DNA from: an uncultured Gammaproteobacteria bacterium
Lineage (GTDB): Bacteria; Patescibacteriota; Patescibacteriia; UBA9934; CAMTUG01
Length of the DNA stretch: 64,000 nucleotides
Assembly (NCBI GenBank): GCA_964588955.1
Contig: CAZPQJ010000001.1
Span: forward strand, 10,155-74,154
Reading direction: 5' to 3'
The notes under the pieces were generated by a model. It had not been told where the DNA came from. It saw only the letters and a program-made list of their open reading frames with translations, and did no database searches. Position numbers and translations under genes: made by a program. Position 1 is the stretch's first letter, and every line of letters starts with the position of its first letter. This document shows, in pieces, positions 1 through 8,808 of this stretch.

Positions 1-129
1 ATTTTGCCCGCGTACGCTTGGGCATACCAGGTGCCCGCGCCTAACAAGACGGCTATAGCCAAAGAACATGGCAGTAAGCCGTAAAGGAGAACTTTTTTTG
101 CGGTCGGGTGCAACGGTTGCATAACACGG

Positions 130-513
130 TTATTCTTCGAAGCGAATGGGAATCTTGGTTTCTATTGTCGCTTTTAGCAGTGTAATGGTCAAGACCCCAT
201 TTTTCATCACGGCGTCAGTTGCTTCTGGACGAATATGAGCTGGCAACACGACGGTGCGGGAAAAGTCACCCCAATAGCATTCGCGAAAATGATAGGTTGA
301 ACCGATTTCTTCCTCCTCTTCCAGTCGGCGCGTCCCGCGAATGGTGATCACTTCTTCGCTCACATACAAGTCCACGTCTTCAATGCGGACACCGGCAATA
401 GCTGCACGAACAGTGATTGTGGTTGCTGACTCAATCACATCAACCGAAAGTTGCCCTTCGTTTTGCGAGATCCATTGGTCGGCAGCGTCGTTGGTGAACA
501 GTGGGGCGGACAT
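130..513 (-). CDS. Hsp20/alpha-crystallin family small heat-shock protein
   Basis: 127 aa ORF; alpha-crystallin-domain-like beta-strand pattern and a C-terminal GVLTITL-type motif typical of IbpA/Hsp20. Confidence 0.7.
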   Translation of the reverse strand: MSAPLFTNDAADQWISQNEGQLSVDVIESATTITVRAAIAGVRIEDVDLYVSEEVITIRGTRRLEEEEEIGSTYHFRECYWGDFSRTVVLPAHIRPEATDAVMKNGVLTITLLKATIETKIPIRFEE

Positions 514-515
514 AG

Positions 516-1172
516 CTAGGTGGTTGTTTTGGCGTTACGGACGAATTCATAGAGCGGTCCCAAAACAAATCCTACCACGCCAGAAAACAATAAGGCATCT
601 TTAGGGACCGAGAGGAGGTACGGTGTGACCGTTTCTCCTACGCCTAGGGTGCGAGCGAAGGTGAGCAAATAGAGAAGGTAAAAAACACCGGCCATCAAAA
701 AAGCACTCCAAATAGCGTTCCAAAATAAGTCGCGGCGCCGAGCGATGATATAACTGCCAATCACTAAACCTGCGGCGACGATGCTTTGGCTAGGAGAGGT
801 TTGCAGGAGAAAGATGAGTAGTAGGCTTAGCCACGACCAAGCGATGATGGCGAGAAGAAGTTCCGCAAACCAATGTTCGGCAGGACGGCGGAAAGGGAGA
901 TGGGCGTGGTGGCCGATGCGGTAGTGCTTACCAAACACGTTTTCAAAGATGACGGCGGCGATGCCGGCAAATAAGAACGCAATGAAGAAGTCAAAAATAC
1001 TTAACGAACCGCCCAGTGATTGTTGGGAGAGTGCCACAAAGACGGGGGTGAAGAAAACAGCGATAACACCGAGCAGGACCATTTCGCGCCGTGTGGAGGT
1101 TTGACGCAAAAAAAGATAGAGCCACATGACGCCAAGGAACGCGGTGAATACGGCAAGGGTAGGAGCGATCAT
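516..1172 (-). CDS. hypothetical integral membrane protein
   Basis: 218 aa ORF with several hydrophobic predicted TM segments; no recognisable catalytic motif. Confidence 0.5.
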   Translation of the reverse strand: MIAPTLAVFTAFLGVMWLYLFLRQTSTRREMVLLGVIAVFFTPVFVALSQQSLGGSLSIFDFFIAFLFAGIAAVIFENVFGKHYRIGHHAHLPFRRPAEHWFAELLLAIIAWSWLSLLLIFLLQTSPSQSIVAAGLVIGSYIIARRRDLFWNAIWSAFLMAGVFYLLYLLTFARTLGVGETVTPYLLSVPKDALLFSGVVGFVLGPLYEFVRNAKTTT

Positions 1173-1318
1173 AATGATCGCATTATAGCATATATTCAGA
1201 ACTTTCCTATTTGGTCTATTTTCGATTCACGAGCCTCGGCGACTTCATCAACGTATCAGATCCCTACGTCTCCTCATCGTTACTCCGTTTGTCGAAACTA
1301 GTCTCAAATTGAAAAGTT

Positions 1319-2611
1319 CTACCCGACAAGTCCCCTCCACGATCCTGCGCGGCGCAAACGGGCGGCGGGGTAGCGGATGTAAGTAATATTGAACTGGCCT
1401 TTGAAGCGGGAGAAGCCTTTCCAGGACTCGGGATCACCCTCCATCCAAAAGACGCCAAAGTCCAGGTAGTGAAATCCTTTTTTGATGGCATCTTCATGCC
1501 AGACGCACATGAGCCCCATACCTGCGGCGGTTTCTTTGGAAGTGGGGAGCATGAAGGACATGAGGTGGCGGGACTGTTTGGCTTCGGGAATGTCGTGGCT
1601 CACAAAGCCGGCGACCATTGGACCTTGGGTGCCAATACGTCGGACTCCCCAGAAAACGAGGTCGTTGCCGTGGGTTTGTAAAAGTTGCTTGGTAAGATTG
1701 ATGAAATAAAACTTGAGGAGCACATTTTGTGCGCTTTGACGGTAGGCGCGGAAGAGTTCAGTCGGCGTTGGGTGGTAAATTTCCCATTCGGTTTGTGCGC
1801 GCCACTTTTTGGCTTGCCGTCGGGCGTGTTCAGACCAACGACGTTCATAGTTGCCGTCTTCGGGGAGTGTCTCGAAGCCCGTCATGTGGTTATACTTCAA
1901 CAATTTTGTGCTGACCCAACCACGACTGGCTGGAACTTCCCGCATCGCCTGCCAAATAACCACACGTAATGGACCGTCATTCCCATGAGGCGGCTCTACA
2001 TCACCAAAAAAGTTTTCAAACCAAAACGGACCAAAATGCCAGCGCGTACCATAACAACCCTCACGGCCAACGAGGGAATTCTTGTGCGACTTTTTCATGT
2101 CGCGCAGCAGGAATGCTTTATTTTCAAGGTGACTGTGGTAAGGGGAATCTTTAGAGAGCAAATGTGTTTCGGGGATCGACCCAAAGTAGCCGCGATGTTT
2201 TTTGCGTTCCCGCGTGTCTTTACGGGCGTCAACAAACAAAATGCGTACGCATTTGTACAAAAACCAGATGAGGATACCCATCACGACCAACGTGGCAATG
2301 CGCTGGGCATGGACGGCGTCGAGAATGTTTTCCTCCAGAGCGATGGAATAGAGGAGAGCGCCAAAGAGAAAGAAAAAGGTTTTGTTGAACTTCATGAAGA
2401 CGCCGAGGATCATCAATACGCCGAGGATCATTAATCCATATTCGTTGAAAAAGAGGGTCAGGAGTGTGTCGTAGTGGCGACCGACGATGATGCGATACAG
2501 ACCAAGACAGATCAAAAAAACACCCAAACTAATGCGGGTGGCAGATTTGGCATTGAGGTTTCTGAGCATCATAGACTTGGCCATTTTATGCTCATTTTGC
2601 CGGATCGGCAA
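1319..2611 (-). CDS. membrane-anchored FemAB/MprF-C-like (GNAT-fold) transferase, tentative
   Basis: 430 aa; the N-terminal roughly 120 aa are strongly hydrophobic (3-4 TM); the C-terminal soluble domain by eye resembles the FemAB / DUF2156 aminoacyl-transferase fold; start uncertain. Confidence 0.3.
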   Translation of the reverse strand: MPIRQNEHKMAKSMMLRNLNAKSATRISLGVFLICLGLYRIIVGRHYDTLLTLFFNEYGLMILGVLMILGVFMKFNKTFFFLFGALLYSIALEENILDAVHAQRIATLVVMGILIWFLYKCVRILFVDARKDTRERKKHRGYFGSIPETHLLSKDSPYHSHLENKAFLLRDMKKSHKNSLVGREGCYGTRWHFGPFWFENFFGDVEPPHGNDGPLRVVIWQAMREVPASRGWVSTKLLKYNHMTGFETLPEDGNYERRWSEHARRQAKKWRAQTEWEIYHPTPTELFRAYRQSAQNVLLKFYFINLTKQLLQTHGNDLVFWGVRRIGTQGPMVAGFVSHDIPEAKQSRHLMSFMLPTSKETAAGMGLMCVWHEDAIKKGFHYLDFGVFWMEGDPESWKGFSRFKGQFNITYIRYPAARLRRAGSWRGLVG

Positions 2612-2641
2612 CGCTTCGTGTGCGACGCTATTCGCCTGCTT

Positions 2642-2890
2642 TTATGAGGGGTCTTTTTCGCGTGTAAGCTTGCTGCCAATCCAGGTGGCGATAATCACCA
2701 AAATTGTCACGGCGACGGCGTAAATAAACTTTGCTAATAAGCCTTGGGTGCCAAGGGGAAAGACAAAATCAATCAAGGCTTTAATGGCATCATTCCACGC
2801 CAACCCAGCCACAAACCCAAAGGCGGCTAAAATGTACCCGAACGATTGTCGGCGGATCTCTTTGCGCAGGTCGTTTTGTTGTTGGTTCAT
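2642..2890 (-). CDS. small membrane protein (DUF5654-like)
   Basis: 82 aa; charged N-terminus then two hydrophobic helices; common small protein type in reduced genomes. Confidence 0.45.
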   Translation of the reverse strand: MNQQQNDLRKEIRRQSFGYILAAFGFVAGLAWNDAIKALIDFVFPLGTQGLLAKFIYAVAVTILVIIATWIGSKLTREKDPS

Positions 2891-3063
2891 AGAAGACTAG
2901 TTTACCACGATTGACAAAAGTGGCTTTTTATGCTATATTTTAACGTTATTTTTAGGCTAAAAGTTGTGGTCAGACTGCATCTTTTATGTCCATTCGTGCT
3001 GAAAATGTTTTGTTGTCAGCATAAACGGGCAATCCTGCCCATCGATCAACCCCGGAGCAATCA

Positions 3064-3939
3064 ATGGCACGAAACATCATCGAATCCCGTCGCAACGTAA
3101 CTGGTGTCGCGCTGTTCGTCCGTCACGACGGCAGCACCATCGGTCGCATCGCTGACGACCAGTTGTGGGATCTGTTGAGCCGCAACCTGCTCGCCCGCCA
3201 CGACGACGGCATGCGGTCGGTCATCCGCCATATCGGCAACGCCCTTCATCCGGGCGTCCGGCACTGGAAGGACGACGGCAGCGAGGACAACGCACGAATC
3301 GTGGAGTACGGCGAACCGTGGAAGACGCGCAAGGACGACAAGGACGTCTGGACACTCGACGTTCGGGAGGGTGTGACCCTCACCGTCGGGCGCAACCTCG
3401 ATCCGCACTTCCGCGACCGCGGCCTCGCCGTCAACATCACGTTCACCGACACGCAGGCGGCCACGAACTTCGATCGCACGGTTCGGGACTTCTCCGGACG
3501 CATGCACGGTCTCGGCGCCTACGTCGAGATTGCGAGTGTCACCTACGAGTCGGCGTTCTTTGTCCGCTCCACGGTATCCGGCCACTACACGTTCACACAG
3601 GGCACCCCCGAGCGGCTCGGAACCCGCATCAAGGACGTCAACGGTTGGTACCGCATCGCGCCGCTCGAAGGAGAGACACTCGTGGTGTACGACAACAGCC
3701 TCGGGATCGGCAATGGTCCCGAGTACATCGTCCACCCTGAGCGTGCGTTTGCCTCGGTGGGCCGGCTGTCGTTCCGCCTTGTGCAGGGCACCACCGCGCG
3801 GTTCGGTGGCATGGAGAACCACCGCATCTACGTCTACGAGGACTCGCTGCTGCCGATCGCTCCGCAAGAGCGCAACGGCTACAACCCCGACGACTTCGAC
3901 GATACTCGTTCGTCCTTCGGCTACGAGGACGAGTACTAG
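3064..3939 (+). CDS. hypothetical protein, high-GC orphan
   Basis: 291 aa ORF; strongly GC-biased third codon positions on the + strand; the overlapping 302 aa minus-strand ORF is Val/Arg/Ala-rich antisense; no recognised domain. Confidence 0.55.
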   Translation: MARNIIESRRNVTGVALFVRHDGSTIGRIADDQLWDLLSRNLLARHDDGMRSVIRHIGNALHPGVRHWKDDGSEDNARIVEYGEPWKTRKDDKDVWTLDVREGVTLTVGRNLDPHFRDRGLAVNITFTDTQAATNFDRTVRDFSGRMHGLGAYVEIASVTYESAFFVRSTVSGHYTFTQGTPERLGTRIKDVNGWYRIAPLEGETLVVYDNSLGIGNGPEYIVHPERAFASVGRLSFRLVQGTTARFGGMENHRIYVYEDSLLPIAPQERNGYNPDDFDDTRSSFGYEDEY

Positions 3940-4030
3940 CCACCACCCAGCTAGCAGGGCATCACCCATTCTGGTGAACCTGCTGTGCGGGTGGTGTTTC
4001 TGTTTTTAAAAGGATCATCAACATGTAGAA

Positions 4031-4063
4031 CAAAAAATCCCGTAGCGTTGCTACAGGATTTTT
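4031..4063. terminator. bidirectional rho-independent terminator hairpin
   Basis: AAAAAATCCCGTAGC-GTTG-CTACAGGATTTTTT: imperfect 10-bp stem flanked by A-run and T-run; sits between the + gene ending at 3939 and the minus-strand tRNA-Glu. Confidence 0.6.
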
Positions 4064-4138
4064 TGGTGACCCCAGGGAGAGTCGAACTCCCGTTACAGGC
4101 TTGAAAAGCCCGTGTCCTAACCATTAGACGATGGGGCC
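4064..4138 (-). tRNA. tRNA-Glu (anticodon TTC)
   Basis: Reverse complement GGCCCCATCGTCTAATGGTTAGGACACGGGCTTTTCAAGCCTGTAACGGGAGTTCGACTCTCCCTGGGGTCACCA folds as a cloverleaf; anticodon loop TTTTCAA; encoded CCA. Confidence 0.9.
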
Positions 4139-4234
4139 TTATATTATGGATTCCTGAAATTGGCGAGCTACTCGTCGTCCGCTGCGTGGCTGCGTCAACG
4201 TACTGTCAGTACGTCTCCTTGCCACTTGCTCCAC

Positions 4235-4390
4235 GACTTCGTATTTCATCCAATTTCAGAAATCCACACAGGCTCGAATTTCAACTCATTTCTGCAAACC
4301 TCGTTTCCGAACGACTTCGCATCTCATCTATTTTCAGAAATCCTCACTTTCGACCTGGTCGAGAATTTCATCCAATTTCAGAAATCCTCG
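4235..4390. repeat. three copies of an imperfect 30-bp direct repeat (...TCATCCAATTTCAGAAATCC...)
   Basis: Copies start near 4235, 4313 and 4355 with irregular spacing; noncoding region next to tRNA-Glu. Confidence 0.5.
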
Positions 4391-4667
4391 CTTCCAGATA
4401 GGCCGAATTGTGCCAGCACTCTAATCAATTTGTTGGATTTCGTCAATTGGGGGTGGTATTGTTGGTTTTTAAACCCTATTGACGGCTGACTTGTCCTTAT
4501 TTATGATCCCTTCGCCACGCTGGTGGCCCACTCTTGCCATCCCTGGCGGGATAAGGAGGTGCAATCTTGCGCAACACGTCGTAAAAGGAGCCGAGGCCTT
4601 TCTCCCTCGGCCGTGGTTCACGGGTCGCCCAGTTCTGGCGACCCGTGTTTTGCTTTCAGACAATGCT

Positions 4668-5747
4668 TTAGAAGTTTTTGTATCCCTGATACGCTTCTAG
4701 TTGCGTTGCAAAGACAATCGTACCATTGTCGGCGTAGGGCTTGATGGCTTCGAGAAGTTCTTGGATGAGGGGGAGGTGTTCGTCGAATAAGGTGAGGGGG
4801 ATGTGGATGTTCAGGCGTGCCACGCGGCTGCGATCGCGAATAGTGTCGGCTTGTTTAATGTAATCCACCACGGCGGCGATGTCTGCTTCATCAAATACGC
4901 AATCAGGATTGCAGGTACTACGTCCTTCGGCAATGGATCCTAATTCACCAATCTCTCCACCCATGATGGTCAATACGCCATCGTTATCTGGCACCAAGTC
5001 TGCCGTGTCTTTCAAATCATACAAATACAACCGATCGGCAAAGTCTGGAGGGATACTGTCGTGGTAGGCCACCATGTTGATGTAGACATCGGTGAAGCCT
5101 TCTGGCCGAGCGCTCATAGGCATAGAAAGATAGCCGAGGGCGGTGAGTCCATCGAGAAATTTGAACCCGCCTTGCGCGGCGGCTTGCACCCAGTTGTCTT
5201 CGGCAAATCCGCCAGAGACCCCCTGGTTGTTCTCTGCACCGACGAGCGCGTCGACGTAGGATTTACCTTCAGCGTATAAGGCGGCGTACTCAGGAATCGT
5301 AACCGTCTCACCATCTGGCAAGTGAAATCCCGCATGGGTGCCAACGCCATGCCCGCGGTCGAGCACTTCTTTCATAATATTGACTCCCCAAATGGTATTC
5401 GCTTTGGCGAACGGTTCAGCGCTCTCTACGGTCATTTTGGCACCGAAGGTATCGAACAGATTCATCGCGTTGCGCAAGATGGCTACGTGACGATGGAATA
5501 GGGGTTCGATGGTGTCGTCTTTCCAGTCTTCTTCCATGTGGGTCATGGTGGTGAAGTACAGGGGTGCATCGGTGCGTTGCTGGACTGTTGGAATATTCGC
5601 CGTTGTATTGGTTGTTGAGGTGTTGGTGGAAGGTGTTGATGTCTTCGTAAGCGTAAAAAAGGTGATGCCACCGGCCAAGGCGGCTAGGCCAATGGAGAAG
5701 ATGGCGAGGTTGACGTGTTTGAAATTCATACGTGTGGAGCTTAGCAC
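4668..5747 (-). CDS. hypothetical secreted/membrane-anchored protein
   Basis: 359 aa; N-terminal hydrophobic anchor followed by a Thr/Ser/Asn-rich linker and a globular domain; no motif recognised. Confidence 0.5.
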   Translation of the reverse strand: MLSSTRMNFKHVNLAIFSIGLAALAGGITFFTLTKTSTPSTNTSTTNTTANIPTVQQRTDAPLYFTTMTHMEEDWKDDTIEPLFHRHVAILRNAMNLFDTFGAKMTVESAEPFAKANTIWGVNIMKEVLDRGHGVGTHAGFHLPDGETVTIPEYAALYAEGKSYVDALVGAENNQGVSGGFAEDNWVQAAAQGGFKFLDGLTALGYLSMPMSARPEGFTDVYINMVAYHDSIPPDFADRLYLYDLKDTADLVPDNDGVLTIMGGEIGELGSIAEGRSTCNPDCVFDEADIAAVVDYIKQADTIRDRSRVARLNIHIPLTLFDEHLPLIQELLEAIKPYADNGTIVFATQLEAYQGYKNF

Positions 5748-5798
5748 AGCGGCGTAAAAAAACGAATCAGGAGCCGGCGAGTAGCCAGGCTCCTGCGG

Positions 5799-6164
5799 TT
5801 AGCGGGGGTGGTGACGCGGATGCTTGTCGCGGACGAGGGCGGGGATGGGCTCAAGAGGAGCAAGACGCAGAACAATGAGAATGTGTGATTCCGGGTAGTC
5901 GGCGGCAACACCGTCGGCGAGCTGGTCGAGGGAGTGTTCTTCTTTCAGCGCCTCGAGTGTCGCAAAGCGCCAATGGTCAGCGACACGGAAGCGGCAGGTT
6001 TGCTCCGGGGTGGTGTTGTAAACTACAACAACGTCTCCGTCTTCAAATCCGCCGTAGAATTCGTGAGTGGTTGTTACCACGAAGCACTTTTTTCCGGCTC
6101 GGATCTGCGTGAAGTCTACTGAACTTACACGCACGCGTCGCGCCAATTTTCTTTGTCGGCTCAT
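5799..6164 (-). CDS. ASCH (PUA-like) domain protein, tentative
   Basis: Start refined to the Met preceded by GGAGGA (RC) 4 nt upstream; small beta-barrel-like protein resembling the ASCH fold. Confidence 0.4.
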   Translation of the reverse strand: MSRQRKLARRVRVSSVDFTQIRAGKKCFVVTTTHEFYGGFEDGDVVVVYNTTPEQTCRFRVADHWRFATLEALKEEHSLDQLADGVAADYPESHILIVLRLAPLEPIPALVRDKHPRHHPR

Positions 6165-6208
6165 GGTTTCCTCCAGGCGGCGTATTCTTCCTGTTTTCTG
6201 TTGTTCTG

Positions 6209-7231
6209 TCAAGGCTGGCGCGAGGCTTCGACTGCGGCGATAATCTTTTTGGCAACGGTGACGGCGCGTTCGGGCGTTTCGCTGATGGCCGTTTCTTTAC
6301 AGAGCATCACTGCCGAAGCGCCATCAAGGCAGGTGTTGGTGAGGTCGAGAATATCCGAACGCATCGGTAGGTAGTTTTCTAAAAGCGACTGTAGCATGCC
6401 AGTGGAAACAATCACGTACTTGCCGGCTCTGCGCGCCTTAGCAACAAGCATTTTTTGAATAAGCCCAAGGCGTTCGAACGGTACCGTGAGCGCTAAATCC
6501 CCACGAGCCACCATGATGCCGTGAGCGAGTTTCATAATTTCTTCGATGTTGTCGATCCCGCCCTGAGACTCGATTTTGGCGATGACAAGCGGTTGCCAGT
6601 CAGGTGTTGTTACTCGCGCAAGTTTTTGTATTAAGCGCTCGAGCATGTGCCGGGAGCTCACAAACGAAAAAGCCACCATCTCCGGTTTACTTTTGGGAAG
6701 CTCAGCGAGAATGGCGTCGAGTTCGTCGGTGACGTGATCAAGTTGGTCCGTAAGTTTTTCGCACGTGATGGCACAACGATTGTATAAAGCACCATTGTTC
6801 ATGGCACGAGCATGAAATTGATCGGCATGGTCGGTGGTCGTAACTTCAAATTGCAACTGGCCGTCGCCGGTATAAAAAAGATCGCCCATATTGAGCTGTG
6901 AGGCTAAATGCGGATAGGCAACGGGGATGAATTGTTCTACGTCGTCGGTCGATTGCGCGCTTACAAAGGTGTAAATTTTGTCTTGTACGAGTTTGATACT
7001 GACATCAGGGATTTTGCCAATGCGGATTTTTGCTTCCGGCAAGTCAGCCAACAAGCGCGCACCTTTGCCGTGGGCATCTACTTGCGCCCGGGCGGCTTGC
7101 AGCGAGGCACTAACTTTTGCTAAGTCCGCATGAGAAAACTTCATGCGAAAAACATCAACGCCCGCTTCGAGCATTTTTTGATTGCGCTCGGCGTAGTAAG
7201 GGTCTTTCCAAATGGTGGCGATGACGTCCAT
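6209..7231 (-). CDS. pyk: pyruvate kinase (A+B domains only, C-terminal domain absent)
   Basis: Aligns by eye to PykF: FSHADLAKV.. (NFSHG region), IAKIESQGGIDNIEEI, IMVARGDLALTVP (MVARGDLG), VIVSTGMLQSL, DGASAVMLCKETA (DGTDAVMLSGESA); the ORF ends near the A-domain boundary. Confidence 0.8.
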   Translation of the reverse strand: MDVIATIWKDPYYAERNQKMLEAGVDVFRMKFSHADLAKVSASLQAARAQVDAHGKGARLLADLPEAKIRIGKIPDVSIKLVQDKIYTFVSAQSTDDVEQFIPVAYPHLASQLNMGDLFYTGDGQLQFEVTTTDHADQFHARAMNNGALYNRCAITCEKLTDQLDHVTDELDAILAELPKSKPEMVAFSFVSSRHMLERLIQKLARVTTPDWQPLVIAKIESQGGIDNIEEIMKLAHGIMVARGDLALTVPFERLGLIQKMLVAKARRAGKYVIVSTGMLQSLLENYLPMRSDILDLTNTCLDGASAVMLCKETAISETPERAVTVAKKIIAAVEASRQP

Positions 7232-7354
7232 GGGATTGGATAAAAAAGGAGAAAGGAGGAGAAAAAATAAAAAAGGCATGAGGCCTCCTGAAGACAGTGT
7301 AACAGGGGTGGGTGGCTTGGCAAGAGGATAAAGTCGGGTTAGGATAAGGGAACT

Positions 7355-8404
7355 ATGCGCATATTGGCGATCGAGACAAGTTGTGACGAAACGGCGATGG
7401 CAATTATTGAAGGATCAAAGGATCGGTTGGTTGTGCGCAAGAATATTGTGGCTTCGCAAATGAAGTTGCATGAAAAATACGGCGGGGTGGTGCCAGAAGT
7501 GGCCGCGCGCAAACACGTGGAAACGATCGCACCGATGATTGCGGAGATCGCTCGGCCGGACGGATCCGACATCGATGCCATTGCGGTGACCTATGGTCCG
7601 GGGCTCGTTCCGGCACTGCGGGTCGGCGTGGAGATGGCGCGCACGTTGGCACTGCTCTGGAACAAACCGCTCGTTGGAGTGAATCATTTGGAAGGACATG
7701 TGTATTCCAACTGGCTAGGGCGCACTAAACGATCCAAGCCGATACGTTTTTCGGCGTTAGTGCTTATTGTCTCGGGAGGACATACGGAGATTGTGCTCAT
7801 GAAAGGTCATGGCGACTATACGTTGATCGGGGAGACACGCGATGACGCTGCTGGCGAGGCGTTCGACAAAGTCGCCAAGGTTTTGGGTTTGCCGTATCCG
7901 GGTGGCCCAGCCGTGTCGAGGCTGGCCCAAGAAGGAAATCCGAAGCGATTTGATTTACCGCGCCCGATGCTCGACGCGGCCAATTTTGATTTTAGTTTTT
8001 CCGGACTCAAGACGGCGGTGCTGTATGCGTGGCAGGCAGCATCAAAGTCCCCCTCCGGCTCCCCCTTGGTAAGGGGGAAAGATAAACTCGTGCGAGATAT
8101 GTGCGCGAGTTTTCAAGAGGCGGCGGTGGGAGTGTTGGTGGGTAAAATGACCAAAGCGATTGCCAAAACAAAACCAAAAACGGTCTTGATTGCTGGTGGG
8201 GTGGCAGCCAACGCGCACTTACGTAAATGCCTGGCGCGGGCGATCAAAAAACAATTTCCTAAAGTAACGTTTGTTGTTCCAAAGATGCCATACACCACCG
8301 ACAATGCCGCCATGATTGGGGCGGCGGGTTATTTTCATGCCATCAAAAAAGACGTGATAGATCCTCTTGCGCTCGAAGCCGATCCAAACTTGCGTTTAGT
8401 ATGA
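7355..8404 (+). CDS. tsaD: tRNA N6-adenosine threonylcarbamoyltransferase TsaD (Kae1/Gcp)
   Basis: MRILAIETSCDETAMAII N-terminus, HLEGH motif, conserved C-terminal ASKHSD-like region. Confidence 0.9.
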   Translation: MRILAIETSCDETAMAIIEGSKDRLVVRKNIVASQMKLHEKYGGVVPEVAARKHVETIAPMIAEIARPDGSDIDAIAVTYGPGLVPALRVGVEMARTLALLWNKPLVGVNHLEGHVYSNWLGRTKRSKPIRFSALVLIVSGGHTEIVLMKGHGDYTLIGETRDDAAGEAFDKVAKVLGLPYPGGPAVSRLAQEGNPKRFDLPRPMLDAANFDFSFSGLKTAVLYAWQAASKSPSGSPLVRGKDKLVRDMCASFQEAAVGVLVGKMTKAIAKTKPKTVLIAGGVAANAHLRKCLARAIKKQFPKVTFVVPKMPYTTDNAAMIGAAGYFHAIKKDVIDPLALEADPNLRLV

Positions 8405-8805
8405 CGACGACACATTCAGCCGAAGAGACAAAAGTGATTGCCGCGAACTTTGTGAAGTCACTCAAGGGCGGGGAGTTTATTGCGCTTATCGGAGATTTAG
8501 GATCGGGTAAAACGACGTTTGTGCAGGGAATGGCCGAGGCACTACGTTCACACGCCAAGGTAAAATCACCAACCTTCACCCTCATGAACATTTATCCGAC
8601 GGATCATCCAAAAGTTAAGCAGATTGTGCACATCGACTATTATCGCGTGCCAACAGCCCATGATGATTTAGCTTTGGAAGACTATCGCCGGCCAGACACG
8701 ATTATTGTCGCCGAGTGGCCTACCGGACGAGATTTAAAACAACATCCGATCGTTGTCCGTTTTGCCCACGGATCCCGACCGGATGAACGCACGATTTCTT
8801 TTTAA
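8401..8805 (+). CDS. tsaE: tRNA t6A biosynthesis ATPase TsaE (YjeE)
   Basis: 134 aa; P-loop GDLGSGKTTFVQG; ATGA overlap with tsaD. Confidence 0.85.
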   Translation: MTTTHSAEETKVIAANFVKSLKGGEFIALIGDLGSGKTTFVQGMAEALRSHAKVKSPTFTLMNIYPTDHPKVKQIVHIDYYRVPTAHDDLALEDYRRPDTIIVAEWPTGRDLKQHPIVVRFAHGSRPDERTISF

Positions 8806-8808
8806 TTT

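Noticed and set aside
3061-3969. 302 aa ORF on the minus strand overlapping the 3064..3939 + strand gene
   Set aside because: Val/Arg/Ala/Gly-rich composition typical of the antisense strand of a high-GC gene; GC3 bias supports the + strand frame.
4235-4390. Possible CRISPR array suggested by the repeated TTTCAGAAATCC units
   Set aside because: Only three imperfect copies with irregular spacing (about 78 and about 42 bp), repeats not identical, no cas genes nearby; treated as a generic repeat cluster.
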